This document shows, piece by piece, positions 57,594 to 64,000 of a stretch of DNA of 64,000 nucleotides. The stretch comes from Acidobacteriaceae bacterium. Lineage in GTDB: Bacteria; Acidobacteriota; Terriglobia; Terriglobales; Acidobacteriaceae. Positions within the stretch are counted from its first letter, which is position 1. Each line of letters starts with the position of its first letter. Below the pieces are notes generated by a model. That model saw only the letters and a list, made by a program, of their open reading frames with translations, did no database searches and had not been told where the DNA came from. The translations under genes and the position numbers were made by a program. The stretch covers positions 2,658-66,657 of the forward strand of contig PLCS01000002.1 in NCBI GenBank assembly GCA_003134855.1. The letters are read 5' to 3'.

Positions 57594-59177
57594 TCATATT
57601 GACGGGCTGCCAATTGCATCTCCGGACACAACCAGTTCCACTCTGCGATTTTCCTGCCTGCCCGCCGAGTTGTCATTGGAAGCTACCGGCAGCGTGTTAC
57701 CGTAGCCCTTGGCGATCACGGAGTTTGTCGTCACGCCCTGTTCCACCAGATAACTGCGCACCGAGCCGGCGCGATTCTCCGATAGCGTCTGATTCATATC
57801 ATCGCCGCCGATGTTGTCGGTATAACCGCCAACTTCGATGTTGAGTCCGGGATAGGCGATGAGAATTCCGGCAACCTTCGCCAGCTTCTCGCGCGCACCC
57901 GGCTTCAATGAGTATTTCCCAGTGTCGAACAGCACATCGGACATACTGACAATCAGTCCGCGGGCGCTATCTCGAGTTGCAAGAATCCGGTTTAACTGTT
58001 CTGACAGTTGGGCACGCATTGCGGCCTTGTCGGAATCCGCCTGATGTTGACCCTGTTGAGCGATCTGTGCGTCTTTGCGAGCTTGTTCAGCATCTGCCTG
58101 GGCTGCAGAAACTGCAGCTGTCGATGCTGCCCGGTTAGCGGTCAAGTCAGCTTGCGCCTGTGCTGCATTGGCCTGCGCGTTTGTTGCGCTGGTTTGTGCG
58201 TTTGCCGCATCAGCTTGCGCCTTTGCGGCGTCGGCCTGCGCCTTCTCCTTCAGGCGTGTAGCATCGTCAGCCTGCGACTGCGATCTTGCCTGCGCGTCGC
58301 TCGACGCCTGGCGCTCATTTGCCAGACGATCCGCGTCAATTCTTTTGACCGCGATCTCGCGCGCGTCTTCAGCAGACTCAACCGCCGCTCGGGCGGCAGC
58401 AATCAGGGGCTTTTTGTCGATGTGCTTGTTTATCGCGTACGCATCGGCGCTGTTCATCAATTGTACAGCATGCTGGTAGCTCGCGCTGGCATAGGTCTCA
58501 GCACCCTCGGACTGAGCGATCCTGAGCGCATTCCGCGCCTCGTAGAACTCCAACGGCAGGCTGGCGTTCAGAACCACGGGGTCGAACTTGTATCCGGTGG
58601 GAATGTAGCCGCCACGCTCCAGGAGCTCGTACTTCGCATTCACTTCCTCGCTTGTTCCCTTTGTATCTGCGCGTATGACGTTCTCAAGGACGACGACGTC
58701 GCTGGGCTGCCGAACAGCGTAGTACGGCTCGGCGGTGACGATCAACGCGAATGCCTGGAGGTCGGTGGTCGCGGTCAGCTTGCTCCGGTCATTGCCGCCA
58801 ACCAGCACTTCACCAAGATTCACAGGCCTGCCTTCAGGTGAGATCGCCCACAGGACATAGGTGAGATATTCGCTGCCGAAGGTTGTGGGATTTTGCAGGT
58901 TACCGAATTCCGCCTCGACTTCCATCGTGCCGCGCTTGCTGCGCACTTTGGCATTTCCATTCGCCGAAGGCATCAAAGCAGTACCGGCGAAATCCACATC
59001 CGAGGCTCCGCTGCGATGCTGATAGTTGACCGCCTGGACGGATCGACTAATTACGATCACGCGGTACGTGGATACTGGGCCTGCGGTTTCGAGGACCGTC
59101 GCCGTTTGCGGACCGGCTTGAGCGATCGCGCTCAAACTGAGGACACTTCCCATTGCGAACACGAGTATGCGCTTCAA
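57594..59177 (-). CDS. OmpA-family protein with an N-terminal beta domain and Ala-rich coiled coil
   Basis: DVLFDTGK..LKPGAREKLAK, IEVGGYTDNIG, NQTLSENRAGSV, NRRVELVV; TTG 59177 after AGGAGGA. Confidence 0.88.
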   Translation of the reverse strand: MKRILVFAMGSVLSLSAIAQAGPQTATVLETAGPVSTYRVIVISRSVQAVNYQHRSGASDVDFAGTALMPSANGNAKVRSKRGTMEVEAEFGNLQNPTTFGSEYLTYVLWAISPEGRPVNLGEVLVGGNDRSKLTATTDLQAFALIVTAEPYYAVRQPSDVVVLENVIRADTKGTSEEVNAKYELLERGGYIPTGYKFDPVVLNASLPLEFYEARNALRIAQSEGAETYASASYQHAVQLMNSADAYAINKHIDKKPLIAAARAAVESAEDAREIAVKRIDADRLANERQASSDAQARSQSQADDATRLKEKAQADAAKAQADAANAQTSATNAQANAAQAQADLTANRAASTAAVSAAQADAEQARKDAQIAQQGQHQADSDKAAMRAQLSEQLNRILATRDSARGLIVSMSDVLFDTGKYSLKPGAREKLAKVAGILIAYPGLNIEVGGYTDNIGGDDMNQTLSENRAGSVRSYLVEQGVTTNSVIAKGYGNTLPVASNDNSAGRQENRRVELVVSGDAIGSPSI

Positions 59178-59268
59178 GATTCCTCCTACAGGCAATTTTC
59201 TGCCTTACTGCGTTGGACTTTCGTTTCTTTGTCAGTCAATAACTTCAAGGCTTCGACAGGCTGATTCT

Positions 59269-59694
59269 TCAATGTCCCACGCGGAACTGATAAAGGTAGT
59301 CGAAGAGGCCGAATACCTTGAGAAGCCACAGAACGACGACGATTACAACGACGCCATTCAAGATGCCCTTGATCTGACCTTGCATGGGGATGAAGCGGTT
59401 GATCAGCCATAGCAGCAGGCCGACTACACATAGCGTGATGACTACAGTGACGAGTGGCATGTTATTTCCGATATGGAATTGTGATAGGTTGTCAAAGAGG
59501 CCGACAATCTTCAGGAGCCACAGAACCACGGCAATGACGACAACTGCGTTCAGGAGACCCTTGATCTGACCTTGCATGGGAATGAAGCGGTTAACCAGCC
59601 ATAGCAGCAGGCCTACTACGCATAGCGTGATCACAACAGTGACGAGTGGCGTTCCAGTAGTAACGAGTGGCGTTCCAGTAGTGACGAGCAGCAT
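59269..59694 (-). CDS. Tandem-duplicated small membrane protein (two Thivi_2564-like units fused)
   Basis: Two 192-bp units (59461-59652, 59269-59460), each PLVTVVITLCVVGLLLWL.NRFIPMQGQIKG.LN.VVVI.VVLWLLK..GLFD. Confidence 0.85.
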   Translation of the reverse strand: MLLVTTGTPLVTTGTPLVTVVITLCVVGLLLWLVNRFIPMQGQIKGLLNAVVVIAVVLWLLKIVGLFDNLSQFHIGNNMPLVTVVITLCVVGLLLWLINRFIPMQGQIKGILNGVVVIVVVLWLLKVFGLFDYLYQFRVGH

Positions 59695-59916
59695 TTCATT
59701 CTCTCCAATCATTTGCCTGGACCCGGTCCGAACTCAGTGCATCTGCGAGAAAATCGATCGAGTCGTGTTGAGTTACTTGCGTCATACCGTCTCACTCTGA
59801 CATTTGCATTTCAAGGAGACGGCCTTCAAGGGCATGGAAGTGATGCGGCGTGTCCTTGCATAACCGTGGCGGAAATCAGGAGCAGATGTCCGATGGTCTT
59901 CATTCGCTCAGAAACC

Positions 59917-59951
59917 AGGGGAAGAAGGAGAACGGTCATCCTTCTTCCCCT
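59917..59951. terminator. 13-bp perfect stem-loop
   Basis: AGGGGAAGAAGGA-GAACGGTCA-TCCTTCTTCCCCT, 60 bp past the stop of 60012-60194. Confidence 0.5.
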
Positions 59952-60011
59952 AAGAATTCCAAATTACCGGGCAAATAGCTGAGCTACAAAGCACACCTGA
60001 TACGATAGTTG

Positions 60012-60194
60012 CTAATGCCCGCGTGGAACCCACGCCAGGTCTCCGCTTAGAACGTAAATAGCGATCGCCGCAGACATCAAGAGTGCGCCTACCCAGAAGC
60101 GCCAGTCACGATGCATTCGCCTCCAGTAAGGGCCAGGATCCGGCTCGCCGCTTTCGCTGCTGTTTCCTTCGTGGTTGTACTTGCTTCCGGTCAT
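60012..60194 (-). CDS. 60-aa single-TM hypothetical protein
   Basis: GGAG SD; YWRRMHRDWRFWVGALLMSAAIAIYV. Confidence 0.7.
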   Translation of the reverse strand: MTGSKYNHEGNSSESGEPDPGPYWRRMHRDWRFWVGALLMSAAIAIYVLSGDLAWVPRGH

Positions 60195-60253
60195 ATTTTC
60201 TCCATTCTCGCGTCGTATTCACGGCCTCGTAAGATTGCACATGGCTTCATGCA

Positions 60254-61444
60254 CTATGGTTGATGAGTGTCAGCAGCCGTAACCTGAACTGGCCGGTCAA
60301 CCTCTGTTATGGTTGAGCTTTTGGCCGGGGAAAGTATGTCAGCCGGTATCTCGATACCTGTTGGGAAAATGAGAATCTGAATCGATCCCCAGTCGGCGTC
60401 CAGACTTGATCCCGTCTGCTTGCCCAAGCCCAAGGTCTTAAGCTGACTGTCGTCAAATCCAAAGTTCTCGACCAGGTACTCGCGCACAACCATTGCGCGG
60501 GCCTCGGTGAGCACCAGTTCCTTTTGGGTGTCGCCTTCCATGCCTGCTGATACCACGACGACGGCAAATCCAAATGGGTTCCGCGCCAGGAACTCTCCGC
60601 TGGCATTGAGGGACTTCTGATTCTTCAGCTTGGCCGAATCGGCAGTATCGAAGAGCTGCTTTGCTGTATAAGTAAACGCCTTGAGTGGCGCACTCGCCGG
60701 AAGGACACTAATTCTATTCGCTTTCAGATCTCCGGAATCTTCGTACCCGCGCTTCTTGAAATATCCGCTCAAGAGGAAGTTATGTTTCAGAGCTTCCATA
60801 TTCTCCTGAAAGTCCGTCACCCCGGTCTGTGCCTGAAGCATCGTTGCATGCAGGGTAGTCGTAGTCTGTTCCAGGTTGTTATAGAGTTTCTTGTCGTTCA
60901 CCAGCGCTCCCGCGGTTCCCTGTCCAGAGTCAATTTTGGCGCTTACAGAGTTCAGATGCGCCGTCGCCTGGGTAGTATTCTGGATAGCTTGCTGGCTACT
61001 ATTGAGAATGTCGTTCGCTTTCTTGAGCATATCCGCCAATACCAGCGGAGATTCACTCTCAATAATCTCTCCATCTTTAACCTCTGGCTGACCCTCAGAA
61101 CCAAACGAGATGGCGAGGAACTGATTACCCAGCACTCCCTCGGTCTCGATCGAGGCCACAGAGTCGTTCTTGATAATCTCGCGCGTAACTTTGTCCAGAT
61201 TCATGAGTACCATGACCTTATCGCTGGGCTTGTGCGGCAAAGTGATGCTTTGCACCGTTCCGCTGTGAACTCCTCCCACCTGCACGTCGGCTCCTGCTTC
61301 CAGACCAGCAACATTGTCGAATTCCGCCCTGAGTTGATACGTGGAACGAAAAAGATACTCCTTGCTCCCGATGACAAAGATCCCGGCAGCCAGAACTGCC
61401 AATGTCCCCACGATGAATGCTCCCAGCCTTGCGATTCTCGACAT
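60254..61444 (-). CDS. mlaD: MCE/MlaD-domain protein with an OmpA-like C-terminal domain
   Basis: N-terminal TM, FDNVAGL..GADVQVGGV..G.V, SIETEGVLGNQF; C-terminal ..LTEARAMVVREYLVENFG...LGLGK. Confidence 0.82.
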   Translation of the reverse strand: MSRIARLGAFIVGTLAVLAAGIFVIGSKEYLFRSTYQLRAEFDNVAGLEAGADVQVGGVHSGTVQSITLPHKPSDKVMVLMNLDKVTREIIKNDSVASIETEGVLGNQFLAISFGSEGQPEVKDGEIIESESPLVLADMLKKANDILNSSQQAIQNTTQATAHLNSVSAKIDSGQGTAGALVNDKKLYNNLEQTTTTLHATMLQAQTGVTDFQENMEALKHNFLLSGYFKKRGYEDSGDLKANRISVLPASAPLKAFTYTAKQLFDTADSAKLKNQKSLNASGEFLARNPFGFAVVVVSAGMEGDTQKELVLTEARAMVVREYLVENFGFDDSQLKTLGLGKQTGSSLDADWGSIQILIFPTGIEIPADILSPAKSSTITEVDRPVQVTAADTHQP

Positions 61445-61452
61445 AACTCCTC

Positions 61453-62241
61453 CTACGACTGCTTGAGAAATTCCTTTACAAATCCGATGCCACTTTCCTG
61501 AAGGTCTTCAAACGTGCCTTCGATCACGACGTTTCCCTGATCCAGGAGGGCCAAGCTGTTCGCTATTGTCCTGGCACTATGCAGATCGTGAGTCACTACG
61601 ATGGATGCCATCTGACGCTCCCGCTGGAGCTTGAGAATCAAATCGTCGATCTCTCCTGAGCTGATAGGATCGAGGCCTGCCGTTGGCTCGTCGAGAAGCA
61701 GAATCTCGGGTTCCAGCGCGAGCGCGCGCGCCAGGCCCACGCGCTTCTGCATCCCGCCAGAGATATCAGATGGCATCTTTGCTAGGTTGCCCTCCATGCC
61801 CACCTCGGCCAGTAACTGTTTCACCCGTTCGCCGCGCTCGGACCCGGACATGTCTTTCCGGTGGTGTACGAGGGGAAACGCCACATTCTCAGCAACAGTG
61901 AGCGAATCGTAAAGCGCCGCATGCTGGAACAGGAAGCCCATCTTCTTTCTGATTTCGCCCATTCGATCAAGCGCCAGACCAACGATGTTCTGGCCATGGA
62001 TGCGAATCGAACCTGAGTCCGGTGTTTCGAGGCCGATGATGAGTCTTAGTAAAACACTCTTGCCTGTACCGCTGCGTCCGAGCACAGCAAGAGTTTCGCC
62101 ACGATTTACGCTTAGATTAATCCCGTTGAGAACATTGTGACTTCCAAAGGTCTTTCGCAAATCCTCGGCTACAACAACGGGCGCGCTGCCGTCCAGCTCA
62201 GGTTCTGCTTCCTTCATCGCAATGTCATAGGCAATGGCCAT
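61453..62241 (-). CDS. mlaF: MlaF-like ABC ATPase
   Basis: GRSGTGKS, LFQHAALYDSLTV, ISGGMQKRVGLARALA, LLLDEPTAGLDP, VTHD. Confidence 0.9.
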   Translation of the reverse strand: MAIAYDIAMKEAEPELDGSAPVVVAEDLRKTFGSHNVLNGINLSVNRGETLAVLGRSGTGKSVLLRLIIGLETPDSGSIRIHGQNIVGLALDRMGEIRKKMGFLFQHAALYDSLTVAENVAFPLVHHRKDMSGSERGERVKQLLAEVGMEGNLAKMPSDISGGMQKRVGLARALALEPEILLLDEPTAGLDPISSGEIDDLILKLQRERQMASIVVTHDLHSARTIANSLALLDQGNVVIEGTFEDLQESGIGFVKEFLKQS

Positions 62242-62268
62242 AGATGATCCTCGGGTCTCCGATCAGAG

Positions 62269-63120
62269 TTAAGGGAAGACAACCAGTATTAATTTCACCA
62301 GGACAACATCGGCCAGAATAAGGAAGAGCGAGCCGAGCACAACCGAGTTCGTAGCCGCGCGGCCTACGCCTTCAGCGCCACCCTGCGTGCGCATTCCCTG
62401 AAAGCAGGCGATCAGTCCGATGATCAGACCATACACCGCTGTTTTGAAGGTTTGCGGCAAAAAGGCGTTGAAGGTGGCGCCTTTGAAGCCGCTTGCAATG
62501 AACTGGTGGAACGAAAGCGGCTCTACCAGAGACTGCGCAAACCAGCCAGTCAACAAACCCGATGCATCAGCGGCAAGAGTCAACAGCGGCAGCATCAGAA
62601 TGCAAGCCAGGATTCTGGTTGCAGCCAGAAGCCTGTAAGGGTTGATCGCCGATGCCTCGATGGCGTCAATCTGTTCGGAAACTTTCATAGACGCCAACTC
62701 CGCGCCCATGCCGGCGCCAACGCGGCCGCATACGATCAAGCCGGTGATAATCGGCCCCATTACCTGGATCACGGAGTAAACAAGAGTAGCTGGAAACATC
62801 GATTTAGCGCCAAATCGAGTTAGACTGTAGCGGGCTTCCAGCGAGATGATCACACCGATTGCGGCGCCCGCCAAGGCTACCAGCGGAAATGACTTGGATC
62901 CAACTTCGTCGAGCTGACGAATCAACTCGCGCCACTCATACGGCGGCGTAACCGCGGCCTTGAATACTTGCCAGGAAAAGATGCCAAGGCTGCCAAACCA
63001 CTCGAAGAAGCCATTGACCAGTCCTGTAACGGAACCTGCAACAGAAGGCATGGGTTCGGATCGCCGCTCCGGAATTGGCGGGTTGAAGCCTTCAACTGCA
63101 ATGACTCCGCGATCGCTCAT
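62269..63120 (-). CDS. mlaE: MlaE-like ABC permease
   Basis: GPIITGLIVCGRVGAGMGAELASMKVSEQIDAIE, GAEGVGRAATNSVV. Confidence 0.9.
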   Translation of the reverse strand: MSDRGVIAVEGFNPPIPERRSEPMPSVAGSVTGLVNGFFEWFGSLGIFSWQVFKAAVTPPYEWRELIRQLDEVGSKSFPLVALAGAAIGVIISLEARYSLTRFGAKSMFPATLVYSVIQVMGPIITGLIVCGRVGAGMGAELASMKVSEQIDAIEASAINPYRLLAATRILACILMLPLLTLAADASGLLTGWFAQSLVEPLSFHQFIASGFKGATFNAFLPQTFKTAVYGLIIGLIACFQGMRTQGGAEGVGRAATNSVVLGSLFLILADVVLVKLILVVFP

Positions 63121-63419
63121 TAGTTTGGTCCTTTATCAGGTGAGCCGTGCGCATTGTTCAGATGCATGCGATGAAGCAGGGAGTGGGGTCCGCTAAAGAA
63201 AAATTCCAAGGAAATGTTTTCGCCCACATAGGCCAGCATGCTGTAGTTGCCTATGCGGAATGCGTCCTTCGCGCCGTAGCGATTCGGGTATGCCAGGTCC
63301 AGTTGCGGAGCGGTCGTGCTTGTTCCAGTACCTGAAGAGTTTTCCGAATTGATCGGCGATTGCGGTCTTGCCGTCACTGACAAACCTGCCAGGACTATGG
63401 CGACCAGCAGCAGAAGCAT
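63120..63419 (-). CDS. Exported hypothetical protein, possibly internally deleted (start uncertain, up to 63569)
   Basis: Signal-like MLLLLVAIVLAGLSVTA; the TAA stop overlaps the mlaE ATG. Confidence 0.55.
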   Translation of the reverse strand: MLLLLVAIVLAGLSVTARPQSPINSENSSGTGTSTTAPQLDLAYPNRYGAKDAFRIGNYSMLAYVGENISLEFFFSGPHSLLHRMHLNNAHGSPDKGPN

Positions 63420-63803
63420 CACCCTGCGGACCTTTGTGTCAATAGGTTCTTTGATCGATCGGAATCCGAGTCTGCCCGCCAGATCTCCGCAACTGACAAG
63501 CAAAGACTGCGAATTCCGTCTTTCCATGCTTTCCATGAATGGCGTCAAGGTCTCTCCTCCGGTCCGCATCGCGTTTCGTCGATACGCAGCGCTGTCAATG
63601 ACACGTGTTGGCGTTCAGGTCAGCCTGTGCAGATCATGTCAGAGTTGTACCCTTCTAGGCTGGTCAAATTAGCTCGGAATCATCACCTTCCTATTCGTTC
63701 CGGGCTTTTGACATTCGTTTCGAAACTGAGCAAAACGGTACACACTCGAGTCGCCGTGAACGAGGAGAACAATGGATAGGATGGTGGATCGGTTAACCAG
63801 TCC

Positions 63804-64000
63804 CTATAGTCTATGAGCATGAACAACAAATCGTTCCGGAGCCGCGCCGATATAGTAGAAGGGGTAGCAGGTCACGAGGGTTAGAGCGGATTCGCTCGTG
63901 GGGGCTACGATGTCGCCGTCGCGAGGAGCCGTGATCTGGATCCAATCGACCTCGTACCGGGCGATACCAGATGCGGTCTGAAGGCGGATCTCGTCATTCC
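63804..64000 (-). CDS. Sortase (class D-like), 5'-truncated by the window edge
   Basis: Hand translation NDEIRLQTASGIARYEVDWIQITAPRDGDIVAPTSESALTLVTCYPFYYIGAAPERFVVHAHRL*: TLxTC catalytic motif and downstream Arg. Confidence 0.9.
   Translation of the reverse strand, partial: NDEIRLQTASGIARYEVDWIQITAPRDGDIVAPTSESALTLVTCYPFYYIGAAPERFVVHAHRL

Noticed and set aside
1-64000. tRNA, rRNA, tmRNA, SRP RNA, integrase or phage genes; many 60-400 aa overlapping ORFs
   Set aside because: No cloverleaf, GGTTCGA T-loop or rRNA signatures were seen in intergenic regions. The overlapping ORFs are expected shadows in high-GC DNA.

Overview
GC-rich bacterial chromosomal segment, most likely Acidobacteriota (Terriglobia-like). 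This is inferred from the acidobacterial-type VWA protein, the ECF/HEAT cassette and the style of the repeats. Left to right: (1) a CpaE/TadZ-type receiver-ATPase fused in frame to the N-terminal ~180 aa of an IS5 transposase, missed by the ORF track because it runs off the window; (2) an ECF sigma / anti-sigma / TPR-HEAT-FecR-Gly-rich / VWA operon; (3) fba, a GntP permease and a DinB-like gene; (4) two divergent RND efflux operons (permease-MFP-OMF, and mdtABC); (5) glucan phosphorylase; (6) a second ECF cassette (sigma, zinc anti-sigma, unknown protein, TPR-CHAT caspase-like protease), whose putative promoter TGAAACGATT-N13-CACTATC also precedes a neighbouring unknown operon; (7) tspO, thrS and a Crp/Fnr regulator; (8) hypA-hypB-[toxin-antitoxin]-hypC-[secreted protein]-hypD-hypE, with no hypF and no hydrogenase in view; (9) aminotransferase, Fn3 lipoprotein and FAH genes; (10) from ~48.9 kb a lower-GC accessory block (CsbD, NRAMP-like, YXWGXW, DedA, GT4-GH130 pair, OmpA, a tandem-duplicated membrane protein, MlaEFD-like, and the 3' end of a sortase). 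A family of GTGC-CCC...GGG REP-like hairpins occurs throughout, twice in frame inside genes. No rRNA, tRNA or CRISPR array was seen. All family assignments come from motif recognition, not database searches. GC values are hand counts of single 60-nt lines.
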